Positions 35,936 through 48,195 of a DNA stretch of 64,000 nt are shown one piece after another. The stretch spans positions 16,526-80,525 of the forward strand of contig CAYYSY010000172.1 of assembly GCA_964474355.1 (NCBI GenBank), in the 5' to 3' direction. Numbering within the stretch: position 1 is the first letter of the stretch; every line of letters starts with the position of its first letter. Source of the DNA: an uncultured Spirochaetaceae bacterium (GTDB lineage: Bacteria; Myxococcota_A; UBA9160; UBA4427). Below the pieces are notes generated by a model. It saw only the letters and a program-made list of their open reading frames with translations, was not told the DNA's origin and searched no databases. A program made the position numbers and the translations under genes.

Positions 35936-37057
35936 ATGGCCGTCGCGCTCCATGGCAATCTCAAGGACTTCGGCATCGCCGAGGTGTTCCAGCTGATCGG
36001 GCAGCAGCGCAAGACCGGGGTGCTCGAGATCAAGGGCCCCGATGCGCGTGTCCAGCTCGCCTTCGACGAGGGGGCGGTGGTGTGGGCATCGCCGGTGGGC
36101 AACAGCGAGTTCGCCGTGCTCGGCGACCGGCTCGTCCGATGCGGGCTCGTCACCAAGCCGAAGCTGCAGGACCTGATGGGTGAGAGCGCCGCGTCGGCCC
36201 GGGCACTGCCGACCCTGCTGGTGTCGAGCGGCGCCGTCGACCAGGCCGATCTCGACGAGATCAACGAGCTGCTCAGCCGCGAGACGATCTTCGCCGTCAT
36301 GCGCTGGACGGGCGGCTCGTTCCACTTCGACGCGCAGCCGGTCCATCACAGCACCCCGCCCGAGAAGCTGCTGGCCGCCGAGCAGATCCTGATGGACGGC
36401 CTGCGGATGCTCGACGAGTGGCAGACGTTCCAGGTGCTGGTGCCCGACGAGGACATGGTGTTCGAGCCGGTCGGTCAGCTCGAGGTCTATCGCCAGCAGG
36501 TGAGCGGTGATGCACGCGGGCGCTCGGACGGCGCCGAGCGCATCTTCCAGCTCGTCGACGGGCGGCTGACCGTGCGCCGCATCATCGATCTGTCGCGGCT
36601 CGGCACCTTCGAGGCGACGCGCATCCTCGCCGATCTGCACTCGGCGAACATGATCCGGCCGATGACCGGCGCCCCGGCCCGCAAGGCAATGAAGGTCGAG
36701 CGGGATCGGCCGCCGATCTTCGAGCAGGTCAAGCTCGTGGCGAGCACGGTGCTGCCGCTGGTGCTGCTCGCCGGGCTCGTGTGGCTCGGCTTCGAGGGAC
36801 GCGGTGCGCCGACCCGGCTCCGCGGCGACCCGGTGCCCTCGAGCCCGCTGGCCGACGTGCGCCAGGACTTCGAGCTGCGCCGGCTGCGACACGCCATCGA
36901 GACCCGCCGGATGATCACCGGCGACTGGCCCGAGACGCTCGAAGACACGGCCCCCCGCGACCTCGAGAGTGTCTTCGCGTTGACGGATTCGGAGGCGGCC
37001 CCCTACTATTACGAGCGTCGGGACGGCGGCATCCTGTTGCTGGCCCCGACGCGATAG
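35936..37057 (+). CDS. DUF4388 domain protein with C-terminal TM anchor
   Basis: MAVALHGNLKDFGIAEVFQLIGQQRKTGVLEI (DUF4388 signature). One hydrophobic helix LVASTVLPLVLLAGLVWLGF. Confidence 0.75.
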   Translation: MAVALHGNLKDFGIAEVFQLIGQQRKTGVLEIKGPDARVQLAFDEGAVVWASPVGNSEFAVLGDRLVRCGLVTKPKLQDLMGESAASARALPTLLVSSGAVDQADLDEINELLSRETIFAVMRWTGGSFHFDAQPVHHSTPPEKLLAAEQILMDGLRMLDEWQTFQVLVPDEDMVFEPVGQLEVYRQQVSGDARGRSDGAERIFQLVDGRLTVRRIIDLSRLGTFEATRILADLHSANMIRPMTGAPARKAMKVERDRPPIFEQVKLVASTVLPLVLLAGLVWLGFEGRGAPTRLRGDPVPSSPLADVRQDFELRRLRHAIETRRMITGDWPETLEDTAPRDLESVFALTDSEAAPYYYERRDGGILLLAPTR

Positions 37058-37140
37058 GACGCACGGTCCGTCGCGGCTCGGCCCGGCCCTGCGCCGGCAC
37101 CGAGGGTCAGCTGCACGATTTGAGCAGCGTTTCCGCGTAG

Positions 37141-38313
<1,173 letters not shown>

Positions 38314-38314
38314 A

Positions 38315-38770
38315 ATGCCGGTCCATCTCATCGGTCCGCCCGAGGGCAAGCGAGGGAGTCGCGCCGATGCGCGCCTGCTCGCGAGGCGCGCGCGCACTGC
38401 GATGAAGGCGCTCGGTCACGCCCGCTCCGAGCTCTCGATCGCGCTCGTCGACGACGCCGCGATCGCCGAGCTGAACGCCGGCTACCGCGACAAGCGCGGA
38501 CCGACCGACGTGCTCTCGTTCTCGCTGCTCGAGGGAGAGGACGCGGAGCATCGCGGCGGGCTGCTCGGCGACGTCGTGATCAGCGTGGAGACGGCGGCGC
38601 GCCAGGCCGCCGAGCGTCGCCGCGGTCTCGACGACGAGCTCGCTCGGCTCATGGTGCACGGGCTCTGCCACCTCGTCGGACACGATCACGAGCGCGACGA
38701 CGAGGCGCGCGAGATGGCGGCCGCCGAGCGGCGGCTGCGGCGGGCGATCCGCGAAGCCGAGGGCGGCTGA
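38315..38770 (+). CDS. ybeY: rRNA maturation endoribonuclease YbeY
   Basis: ...TDVLSFSL... and HGLCHLVGHDHE zinc motif. The ATG is 2 nt after the phoH stop. Confidence 0.9.
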   Translation: MPVHLIGPPEGKRGSRADARLLARRARTAMKALGHARSELSIALVDDAAIAELNAGYRDKRGPTDVLSFSLLEGEDAEHRGGLLGDVVISVETAARQAAERRRGLDDELARLMVHGLCHLVGHDHERDDEAREMAAAERRLRRAIREAEGG

Positions 38771-39033
38771 GCCGGCGCGAGCCCCGGCGGTGCGGGAACC
38801 GATCCGGCCGGGCGAACCCCCATCTGCTATCCATACGCGCGATCGAGGGACCGGACGCCGGCGGGGGGCACGATGCGCGCGGCGTCGCGAGACGTCGATC
38901 ATCCCCCCCCCACAGCGCCGACAGGCCGTGGCGCCGAGCACGAGCGAGACGTGCGAACGCGGCGACGTTCCGGTCGCACGGTGCGGCCCGGCCCCGCCCG
39001 GTACGGACGGACCGGGGATGGAGCCGCAGCCGA

Positions 39034-39088
39034 GAGCCAAGCGAGCCAACAGAGCCAAGAAGAGAAGAACGAAGAACGAGGAAGACGC
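39034..39088. repeat. purine-rich leader with 3 x 9-bp repeat immediately upstream of prfB
   Basis: gagccaagc gagccaaca gagccaaga, followed by agagaagaacgaagaacgaggaagacg. It ends 3 nt before the prfB ATG. Confidence 0.8.
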
Positions 39089-39091
39089 GAG

Positions 39092-40244
<1,153 letters not shown>

Positions 40245-40368
40245 AGCCGGTGTAGCGCCGGTGAAGAGCCGACCGGCAGCGCGCGTGCCGATCACGACGA
40301 TCGGTGGGCGGGCGGGTCGAACAGGCGAGTGAAGGCGCGACGAGAGTCGCGCGACAGGAGAGCCGGGG

Positions 40369-42369
40369 TTGGACCTCGTCACCCTCATCCGCGATGGACT
40401 CGGCGCCGCCGGCGGTGGACTCGCGCTCGGCTTCATCGTCGCGCTCGCGATCGGCATGATCGCCATGGCCCTGATCTACGTCGGGTCGGCGGTGATCGTG
40501 CTCGACCGCTTCGCGCGCGTCGCGCGCAACCCGGCCTGGGTCGCGTTCTTCGGCGCCGTGGTGAGTGCGCTCGCTGCTGCGGCCTATCTCAGCGAGTCGC
40601 GGCCCGAGCTGTCGCTCGCGGGCTGGTCCGAGTGGGGGCGCGCCTACGGCCAGACCGCAGGCGGCATCTGGGCCATCAGCCTGCTGCTCTCGGGGGTCAC
40701 GTGGCTCGTGCTGCGCGCATCGTCGGCGAACTCGGGGCGGCTCGGTGGGGCGGTGCTCGCCCTGCTCGGCATCGCGTTCGGCGCCATGGTCGGCGCGGCG
40801 GGCGAGGTGGCGCACGCGTTCGTACCGCCGCTCGCAGTCGCGCCGCTGGGTGCCGCGCTCACGTGGCGCCGCCGCCGCCGCGCGCCCGAGAGCGAAGGGC
40901 CGAGCGAGGGCGAGCGCGGCATCTGGATGCTCTGCCTCGGCTCGGCGAGCGGCATCGGCGTAGCGCTGCTGTACCCGCTCGGCGCCGACCTCGCCGGCAC
41001 CGTCGGCGCGGGCGCCATCGCGGGCGTCGGTGTGCTCACCCTCTTCGGGCTGCTCCCGCTGGCTGCGGCGGGGCTGGTCGGCATGCGCCGCTCGGTCGAG
41101 TGGTTCATCGCGCTGAGGTATCTCGTCGCGAAGCGGCGCCAGGTCTTCATCTCGGCGATCACCGCGATTTGCGTCGCCGGCGTCGCCGCTGGCGTCTGGC
41201 TCATCATCGTGGTGCTCTCGGTGATGAACGGCTTCGAGCAGACCTGGCGGCAGGAGATCCTCGGCAACCGCGCGCACTTCACGCTGCACAGCGGCTTCGG
41301 CCAGATCGAAGACGTGGACGACGTGATCGATCAGGTGCGCCACGCGCCGGGTGTCGTGGCCGCCTCGCCCTTTCTCGACGTCGACGGCATGGTGCGTGGG
41401 CGCCAGGGCGAGATCTTCAGCGTGCGCATACGCGGTGTCGATCCCGAGACGGTCGGGTCGGTCACCAGCCTCGACGAGGACATGCTTCACGGCAGCCTCT
41501 CGGCGCTCGAGCCAGCCGAGGTGGCCGAAGGCGCCGACCCCGTGAGCGAGGCGCCCGGCATCATCATCGGCCATCACCTGGCGCGTGGGCTCGCCGTCGA
41601 CGTCGGCGACGAGATGGTGCTGATCTCGCCCTTTGGCGGCCCGCCGACACCGCTCGGGCCGGGCCCGCGCCTCGCGCGATTCCGCGTCGCGGGTGTCTTC
41701 CAGTCGAGCTTCCATCAATTCGACGAGGTGTACACGTACGTGGCGCTCGGGGCGGCCCAGGAGTTCCGGCGCTCGGGGCCCGTCGTCGACGGCATCGAGT
41801 GCCTCACGACCGACTACTACCGATCGCGCCGCGTCGGCGACGCCGTCGCCGAGGCGCTCGGCTACCCGTTCTTCGCGCGCGACTGGAAGGACTACTACCC
41901 GGCGTTCTTCCAGGCGCTCAAGACCGAGCGGGTGTTGATGTTCCTGCTGCTCACGATGATCATGGTCGTCGCGGCGTTCGTGATCGTGACGACGCTCATC
42001 ATGATGATCATGGAGAAGTCGAGCGACATCTCGATCCTGAAGGCAATGGGCGCCCAGGACTCGCTCGTCGAGCGGATCTTCGCGCTCGAGGGGACGTTCA
42101 TCGGGCTCGCGGGGACCACGCTCGGCGTGCTCGCGGGCATCGCCGTGACGTCGCGCCTCTCGTGGATCCAGGATCGGATCGAAGCGCTGACCGGCATCGA
42201 TACGCTGCCGGCGAGCGTGTACCAGTTCTCGGAGCTGCCCTCGAAGGTCGACCCGGTGCAGGTCGGCCTCGTGGTGCTGATCGCGATGATCCTGTCGCTC
42301 GGCGCCACCTTGCTGCCGAGCCGGCAGGGCGCGCGGCTCGATCCGGCGGAGGGGCTGCGTCATGAGTGA
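40369..42369 (+). CDS. lolE: LolC/E-family lipoprotein-release permease with ~238-aa N-terminal multi-TM extension
   Basis: The canonical LolE part starts at [19 protein letters not shown] (ATG 41083). The same frame is open and GC3-biased back to TTG 40369 and encodes about 5 further hydrophobic helices. Confidence 0.8.
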   Translation: MDLVTLIRDGLGAAGGGLALGFIVALAIGMIAMALIYVGSAVIVLDRFARVARNPAWVAFFGAVVSALAAAAYLSESRPELSLAGWSEWGRAYGQTAGGIWAISLLLSGVTWLVLRASSANSGRLGGAVLALLGIAFGAMVGAAGEVAHAFVPPLAVAPLGAALTWRRRRRAPESEGPSEGERGIWMLCLGSASGIGVALLYPLGADLAGTVGAGAIAGVGVLTLFGLLPLAAAGLVGMRRSVEWFIALRYLVAKRRQVFISAITAICVAGVAAGVWLIIVVLSVMNGFEQTWRQEILGNRAHFTLHSGFGQIEDVDDVIDQVRHAPGVVAASPFLDVDGMVRGRQGEIFSVRIRGVDPETVGSVTSLDEDMLHGSLSALEPAEVAEGADPVSEAPGIIIGHHLARGLAVDVGDEMVLISPFGGPPTPLGPGPRLARFRVAGVFQSSFHQFDEVYTYVALGAAQEFRRSGPVVDGIECLTTDYYRSRRVGDAVAEALGYPFFARDWKDYYPAFFQALKTERVLMFLLLTMIMVVAAFVIVTTLIMMIMEKSSDISILKAMGAQDSLVERIFALEGTFIGLAGTTLGVLAGIAVTSRLSWIQDRIEALTGIDTLPASVYQFSELPSKVDPVQVGLVVLIAMILSLGATLLPSRQGARLDPAEGLRHE

Positions 42370-43165
42370 AGCGACGGCCTCGAGCGATGTGACGCCCTCG
42401 AGCGGGACGACCGCCTCGAGCGGGATGGGAGCCTCGAGCGGGACGAGAACCGAGAACGAGGCGCCGGCGAAGCCCGTCATCGAGCTCGAGGGGCTGTGCA
42501 AGCACTTCGAGACCGGCGAGAGCCGGATCGAGGTGCTGAATGGCGTCGATCTCGAGCTGTATCGCGGCGACCGCGTCGCCATCGTCGGTCAGTCGGGCGT
42601 CGGCAAGTCGACTCTTCTCCACATCCTCGGCACCCTCGATCATCCAACCTCGGGCTCGGTGCGCTTTGGCGGCGAGGACGTGTTCGATCGCACCTCCGAG
42701 TCGCTGGCCGAGCTCCGTAACCGCTACCTCGGCTTCGTCTTCCAGTTCCACCATCTGCTGCCCGAGTTCAGCGCCGTCGAGAACGTGATGATGCCCGGGC
42801 TCATCCGGGGGCAGGCGCGTGACGAGATGCGCCCGGTGGCGGCGCACATGCTCGAGGAGGTCGGGCTCTCGCATCGACTCGAGCATCCGGTGGGCAAGCT
42901 GTCGGGGGGCGAGCGGCAGCGTGTGGCCGTCGCGCGCGCACTGGTGCTCGAGCCGCCGGTCGTGCTGGCGGACGAGCCGACGGGCAACCTCGATCCCGCG
43001 ACCGGCGACCACGTGGCCGAGCTGCTCTTCGACATGAACCAGCGCCGCGGCACGACCCTGGTCGTGGTGACCCACAGCGCGCGCATGGCCGAGCGCCTCG
43101 GACGCACGCTCGTGCTGCGGGATGGCCGGCTCGAAGAAGGTGTGGAGGACGCGGCGCTCGTGTGA
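42362..43165 (+). CDS. lolD: lipoprotein-releasing ABC transporter ATP-binding protein
   Basis: [38 protein letters not shown]. The N-terminus contains Ser-rich hexapeptide repeats. An internal ATG at 42425 is an alternative start. Confidence 0.9.
   Translation: MSEATASSDVTPSSGTTASSGMGASSGTRTENEAPAKPVIELEGLCKHFETGESRIEVLNGVDLELYRGDRVAIVGQSGVGKSTLLHILGTLDHPTSGSVRFGGEDVFDRTSESLAELRNRYLGFVFQFHHLLPEFSAVENVMMPGLIRGQARDEMRPVAAHMLEEVGLSHRLEHPVGKLSGGERQRVAVARALVLEPPVVLADEPTGNLDPATGDHVAELLFDMNQRRGTTLVVVTHSARMAERLGRTLVLRDGRLEEGVEDAALV
42377..42448. repeat. 4 x 18-bp in-frame tandem repeat at the lolD 5' end
   Basis: gcctcgagcgatgtgacg / ccctcgagcgggacgacc / gcctcgagcgggatggga / gcctcgagcgggacgaga. 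It starts 8 nt after the lolE stop. Confidence 0.9.
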
Positions 43166-43458
43166 GGGCAGGGCGGCTGCGCAGCAGCGGGCCGGCCGGC
43201 GCCTGCGACGGGCTTCGCCCATGCGGCGCAGTCTCTTCCGACACCGTCGGGCCGACTCCGGTTGCATCTTCTCGCAGGCTCGGGTTTTCGCCTCAACCCA
43301 TTGAGATTGAAGCGGAATCGACCGATTCGGAGTCTTGAAGGCACAGGCTGCCACTACTAGACTGCGCGGCGCCGCTCTGCCCCCCATACAGTCGCTCTCG
43401 ATTCTCGTGGTCCGGGTGGTCCGGCCTCGGCGGCCGGTGGCTCCTTCGGAGGGAACTC

Positions 43459-46400
43459 GTGCGCGCGCATCCGGTGGCTCCGGCCACCTCGTGGGCCATG
43501 CTCGTGATCGCGGTCGCGCTCGCCTTCGGCATCTGCCTGGGCGCGGCGGACGCACGGGCACAGGCGCCGACCGATGCGGGCGATGCTCCGCCGCCGCCGA
43601 CCGAGGCGCCCGCCTCGGAAGCGACCGAAGGCGAAGACCCCGCAAGCGCCGACGGTTCGCCGCGCAGCCAGGTCGCGGTGCTCCCCTTCCAGGTGCACAG
43701 CGCGCGACCCCTCGACTACCTCGTCGAGTCGCTGACGGAGCTCCTCGTCACGCGCCTCGAGTCCACCAACAAGGTCGACGTCCGTGACATGGAGGAGACG
43801 CGGGTCGCGCTCGGCGCAGATGCGGACCGCGACCTCACCGACGCGGAGGCGCGCGCCGTCGCGCAGCGGCTCGGCGTCGACGCCGTCGTCACGGGCAGCC
43901 TGACCGAGCTCGCCGGCCGCTACAGCCTCGACGTACGTGTCGTCAAGGCGACGGCCGGCGCACGTGCACACACCATCGTGTACACCGCCGAGAACGACAA
44001 GGACCTCGTCGCCCGGCTCGGCGAGCTGACCGAGCAGGTGACCCTGGCCTCGGCGGGCAGCGAGCTCGGCCGCATCATGAGCCTGCAGATCGAGGGCGCG
44101 GGCGACCTGGAGCCCCAATTCCGGTCGACGATCCGCAGTCAGGCCGGGCGCCCCTACGACCCGCTCACCGCCCAGGACGATCGTGACCGCATGCTCGAGC
44201 ACGAGCGCGTGTCGCGTGTGAACATCGAGACGGAGCGCGTCGAGGGCGGCGTGGCGCTGCTGTTCTCCGTGCTACGCACCGAGATGCTCGTCGGTCAGGG
44301 CGTGGTGGCGAAGTCGGGCGTGACCGTCACGTCGATCTCGATCGACGGCAACAGGCGCATCGAGACCGACGCGATCCTCACCCGCATCGAGACGAGGGAG
44401 GGGGAGCCGCTCTCGCGATCGAGGCTGGCCCGCGACGTGCGGGACGTCTACGGGCTCGGGTTCTTCCGCGCGGTGAACGTGTTCGCGGAGTCGAACGCCG
44501 ATGGCGTCGACCTGGTCTTCCGGGTCGAGGAGAACCCGGTGATCCGCCAGATCACGATCACCGGCAACGACAACGTCGACGGCGACGACATCCAGGACGT
44601 GCTGACGCTCACGACCGGGTCGACCCTCGACTACTCGCTGCTGCACGAGAACAAGGACCGCATCCAGCAGGTATACCGGGCGGAGGGCTACTACCTCGCC
44701 GAGGTCGACTTCGTGATGGAGGAGGTCTCCGACTCGGCCGTATCGATCGACTTCGTGGTCATCGAGAACGAGAAGCTCAAGCTGCGCAAGATCGACTTCG
44801 CCGGCAACGAGAACATCAAGAGCAAGGAGCTCCGCGACGGCTTCAATACCAAGACGCGCAAGTGGTACTCGTGGGCGACCGCGTGGTTCGACCGCACCGG
44901 CACCTACTCGGAGCCGATCTTCGCGCGCGACCTGCGCGAGGTCGAGAAGAAGTACACCGACCGCGGGTACCTGCAGGTCGAGGTCGGAGAGCCGCAGGTC
45001 GACCCCACCGAGGAGGGGCTCTTCGTCGTCGTCGAGGTGAAGGAGGGGCCGCAGTTCCGCGTCGGCCACATCGACGTGAGCGGCGACCAGACCGTCGATC
45101 TCGATGCGCTCCGCAAGAAGCTGAAGCTCGACGACGGCGACGTCTTCAACCGCTCTTACCTGACCCAGGACGTCGAGAGCCTCGAGCGGCACTACACCGA
45201 TCGCGGGTTCTACTTCGCGAGCGTCCAGCCCCAGACCCGCATCAAGCAGAACGAGAAGGTCGTCGACGTCCGCTTCGCCGTCGAGAAGGGCCCGCTCTAC
45301 TTCGTGCGGAACCTCGACATCGCCGGCAACACGCGCACGATCGATCCGGTGATTCGCCGCGAGATGGAGGTGGTCGAAGGCCAGCTCTACTCGGCGAGGG
45401 CACTGCAGATCAGCGACCGTCGCATCCGGGGCCTCGGCTACTTCGAGGACGTGAGCTTCGAGCCGAAGCCGACCCCCGACCCGTATCAGCTCGATCTCTC
45501 GGTGAACGTCGTCGAGCGGCCCACCGGCTCGTTCAGCTTCGGCGCCGGCTACTCGTCGCAGGATGGTCTGGTGTTCACCGGCTCCCTCTCTCAGTCGAAT
45601 CTCTTCGGTCGTGGCTACGGGGTGAACCTGTCCGTCGACATCGGCGGCCGGACGAGTCGCTATTTCTTCTCGGTCAGCGACCCGTACTTCATGGGCAGCT
45701 CGTTCAGCTTCGGCGGCACGATCTTCCTGACCGACGTCCGCTTCGACACGTTCCAGAGCAAGCAGCGCGGCTTCGACTTCGTCCTCGGCCACGCGCTCAC
45801 CGAGGACAAGACGGCCCGAGGCTTCATGCGATACAGCTGGTCGAGCCGCAAGGTGCGCCAGGACACCCGCGTGAACGCCGCCGCAACGATCTTCCGCGAG
45901 ATCCTGCAGGGCAACGAGAGCAGCAGCCTGCTGGGCTTCTCGTTCACTCGCGACACGCGCGACGACCGCTTCTCGGCGACTTCGGGCACGAACATGGGCG
46001 GCTCGATCGAGTACTCGGGCCTGGGCGGCTTCGCGAGGTACCTCCGCACCGAGTACCGCATCGGCTGGTATCTCGGCGCGCCGAAGTGGCTGATCGACCG
46101 CTCCTCGTTCGTGGCCACGGCGCGTCTCGGCTACGCGGTGCCCTTCAATCAGATCTCCGACTGGGACCTGACGATCTCCGACACCGACGCGTGCGAGGTC
46201 CGCAACTGCATCAACGTCGATACGCTGGATCAGATCGACACCGATCTGAGGCTGCCGCTCACCGAGCGCTACTTCCTCGGCGGCATCGGCAGCTTCCAGC
46301 TGCGCGGCTACCGCGCGCGCAGCGTGGGCCCGCGGCGCGCGATCCTCCAGCGCAGCGGCATCGCGGGTGAGGGCAACCTCTTCCATCCCGTGGGTACGAC

Positions 46401-46821
46401 GATCAACCGCCTCGCGAACGGCGACTTGCAGGCCGTCTGTAACGACGACGACATCTTCAGCCAGGGCGACGGCGATGGTAAGTGCAATACTTTGAATACG
46501 AAAGACATCGAGGATTTCAATGACATCGACGAGACCGACGTGGTCGGCGGCAACTCGTTCGCGTCGACGAGCTTCGAGTACCGGTTCCCGATCTCCGAGC
46601 AGGTGGGCCTGCAGGGCGTCGTCTTCATCGACGGCGGCAACGCGTTCTACGAGGGCGAGAACCTGTTCGATGTGACCGAGTGGCGCTACGGTACGGGAGG
46701 CGGGGTGTTGTGGTTCTCTCCCTTCGGCCCGCTCCAGCTCGTCCTGGGCTTTCCGATCAATCCGCGTTCCTTCGAAGACAGTCCCGTCTTCGAGTTCTCG
46801 GTGGGTGGTTTCGGGCTTTAG
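43459..46821 (+). CDS. bamA: outer membrane protein assembly factor BamA with extra N-terminal domain
   Basis: Signal peptide. Extra domain VAVLPFQVHS...LTELLVTRLE. Multiple POTRA repeats (ISIDGNRRIETDAIL..., ITITGNDNV..., IDFAGNENI..., IDVSGDQTV..., LDIAGNTRT...). C-terminal barrel with LRGY and a terminal ...FEFSVGGFGL. 1120 aa. Confidence 0.9.
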   Translation: MRAHPVAPATSWAMLVIAVALAFGICLGAADARAQAPTDAGDAPPPPTEAPASEATEGEDPASADGSPRSQVAVLPFQVHSARPLDYLVESLTELLVTRLESTNKVDVRDMEETRVALGADADRDLTDAEARAVAQRLGVDAVVTGSLTELAGRYSLDVRVVKATAGARAHTIVYTAENDKDLVARLGELTEQVTLASAGSELGRIMSLQIEGAGDLEPQFRSTIRSQAGRPYDPLTAQDDRDRMLEHERVSRVNIETERVEGGVALLFSVLRTEMLVGQGVVAKSGVTVTSISIDGNRRIETDAILTRIETREGEPLSRSRLARDVRDVYGLGFFRAVNVFAESNADGVDLVFRVEENPVIRQITITGNDNVDGDDIQDVLTLTTGSTLDYSLLHENKDRIQQVYRAEGYYLAEVDFVMEEVSDSAVSIDFVVIENEKLKLRKIDFAGNENIKSKELRDGFNTKTRKWYSWATAWFDRTGTYSEPIFARDLREVEKKYTDRGYLQVEVGEPQVDPTEEGLFVVVEVKEGPQFRVGHIDVSGDQTVDLDALRKKLKLDDGDVFNRSYLTQDVESLERHYTDRGFYFASVQPQTRIKQNEKVVDVRFAVEKGPLYFVRNLDIAGNTRTIDPVIRREMEVVEGQLYSARALQISDRRIRGLGYFEDVSFEPKPTPDPYQLDLSVNVVERPTGSFSFGAGYSSQDGLVFTGSLSQSNLFGRGYGVNLSVDIGGRTSRYFFSVSDPYFMGSSFSFGGTIFLTDVRFDTFQSKQRGFDFVLGHALTEDKTARGFMRYSWSSRKVRQDTRVNAAATIFREILQGNESSSLLGFSFTRDTRDDRFSATSGTNMGGSIEYSGLGGFARYLRTEYRIGWYLGAPKWLIDRSSFVATARLGYAVPFNQISDWDLTISDTDACEVRNCINVDTLDQIDTDLRLPLTERYFLGGIGSFQLRGYRARSVGPRRAILQRSGIAGEGNLFHPVGTTINRLANGDLQAVCNDDDIFSQGDGDGKCNTLNTKDIEDFNDIDETDVVGGNSFASTSFEYRFPISEQVGLQGVVFIDGGNAFYEGENLFDVTEWRYGTGGGVLWFSPFGPLQLVLGFPINPRSFEDSPVFEFSVGGFGL

Positions 46822-46898
46822 CGCTCCTCGCGGCCCGACCACGCGCCATGTGAGCGCGTGACGGCAGCTGACGAGACGAGCAATACAAGGAGTCATTC

Positions 46899-47420
46899 GT
46901 GAAGATCAACAAGGCAATCGTGGTCGTTCTGGCCTGTCTGTTCCTCGGCTGGGGACTCGGGGCCGACGACAAGGGCATGTCCATCGGCATCGTCGATCTG
47001 GACCAGGCGGTGCTCTCGACCGATGAGGGCAAGCACGCCCGCTCCGAGCTCGAGCGCCGCGCGCGCGAGGCGGAGATCGAGCTGAAGCCGATGATCGAAG
47101 AGCTGCAGGCGCTGATGACCGAGTACCAGCAGAAGGAGGCGATCAGCTCCGACGAGTGGAAGCAGGACAAGCAGCTCGAGGCCGCGGGGATGCGCAACCG
47201 CATCGAGTTCAAGCAGAAGGAGGTCCAGGCCCAGCTCGAGGTGCATCGCGAGCGCCTGGTGGCTCCGCTGCGGACGAAGCTCGTCGAGGTCGTCGACGCG
47301 ATCGGCCGCGAAGAGGGCTATGCGCTGATCCTCGTCCGCAACGCGCCGGGCGTGATGTACTCGCGCGAGGCCCTCGACATCACCGACCTCGTCATCAAGA
47401 AGTTCAACGAGAAGAAGTGA
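46899..47420 (+). CDS. skp: periplasmic chaperone Skp/OmpH
   Basis: Signal peptide (V)KINKAIVVVLACLFLGWGLGA, then a long charged helical region. Positioned after bamA. AAGGAG RBS and GTG start. Confidence 0.85.
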   Translation: MKINKAIVVVLACLFLGWGLGADDKGMSIGIVDLDQAVLSTDEGKHARSELERRAREAEIELKPMIEELQALMTEYQQKEAISSDEWKQDKQLEAAGMRNRIEFKQKEVQAQLEVHRERLVAPLRTKLVEVVDAIGREEGYALILVRNAPGVMYSREALDITDLVIKKFNEKK

Positions 47421-47424
47421 CGCG

Positions 47425-48195
47425 GTGATCCACCCCACCGCCATCGTCGAGCCGGGCGCGAAGCTCGGCGAAGGCGTGACGGTGGGCCCGTACGCCTTGA
47501 TCGGCGCCGGGGTCACGCTCGGCGAAGCCGTCGAGGTCGGCCCGCACGTCGTGCTCGCGGGTCGCACCACGGTGGGGGCGCGCACGCGCATCTTCGCGCA
47601 TGCGTGCCTTGGCCATGAGGGGCAGATCGTCGGTCCGCCGAGCGAAGACACCCTGCTCGAGATCGGCTGCGACAACGTGCTCCGAGAGCACGTGACGATC
47701 CATCGGGGCTCGTCGAAGGGCTGCGGCGAGACGAGGGTCGGCGACCGCAACTACCTCATGAACGGAGTGCACGTCGGCCACGACTGCATCGTGGGCTCCG
47801 ACTGCGTGGCCGCGAGCTTCACGGCGCTCGGCGGTCACGTCGAGATCGGCGATCACGCCGTGCTCGGCGCCTATACCGGGGTGCACCAGCACTGCCGGAT
47901 CGGCGAGTCCGCCATGACGGCCGCCGGGACGAAGGCGACGAAGGACGTGGCGCCCTACGTGACCGTGGCGGGCGATCGCGCGCGCCTCGTCGGGCTGAAC
48001 GGTGTGGGCCTTCGGCGGCGTGGCTTCGAGCCCGATGAGATCGCTGCACTGAAGCGGGCCTACCAGCGCGTGTTTGCGTCGGGCCTCCGCGTCGACGAGG
48101 CAGTGGCCGCGCTCGAAGCCGAGGGGACGCAGACGCCCCACGTGCGCAAGCTCGTCGAATTCGTGCGGAAGAGCGAACGCGGGGTCGTCCGCTGA
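47425..48195 (+). CDS. lpxA: acyl-ACP:UDP-GlcNAc O-acyltransferase
   Basis: (M)IHPTAIVEPGAKLGEGVTVGPYALIG hexapeptide repeats; 256 aa. Confidence 0.9.
   Translation: MIHPTAIVEPGAKLGEGVTVGPYALIGAGVTLGEAVEVGPHVVLAGRTTVGARTRIFAHACLGHEGQIVGPPSEDTLLEIGCDNVLREHVTIHRGSSKGCGETRVGDRNYLMNGVHVGHDCIVGSDCVAASFTALGGHVEIGDHAVLGAYTGVHQHCRIGESAMTAAGTKATKDVAPYVTVAGDRARLVGLNGVGLRRRGFEPDEIAALKRAYQRVFASGLRVDEAVAALEAEGTQTPHVRKLVEFVRKSERGVVR

Noticed and set aside
43335-43363. sigma-70-like hexamers TTGAAG-N17-TAGACT upstream of bamA, and TTGCCG-N17-TAATCT at 60317-60345 upstream of spoT.
   Set aside because: Only 3-4 of 6 positions match per hexamer, and the promoter consensus of this lineage is unknown. This is too weak to call without TSS data.
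46437-46545. Locally AT-richer patch inside bamA that looked like a foreign insertion.
   Set aside because: It is in frame and encodes an Asp/Asn/Lys-rich loop with a Cys pair (..AVCNDDDIFSQGDGDGKCNTLNTKD..VVGGN) just after the LRGY motif. This corresponds to the Cys-containing extracellular loop that E. coli BamA also has at that position. The composition is explained by amino-acid content.
46840-46860. GC-rich hairpins after bamA (cacgcgc-catgtga-gcgcgtg) and after mcp (ggccgga-cgtcg-tccggcc, 25669-25687).
   Set aside because: Neither is followed by a T/U tract, so they cannot be called intrinsic terminators from sequence alone.
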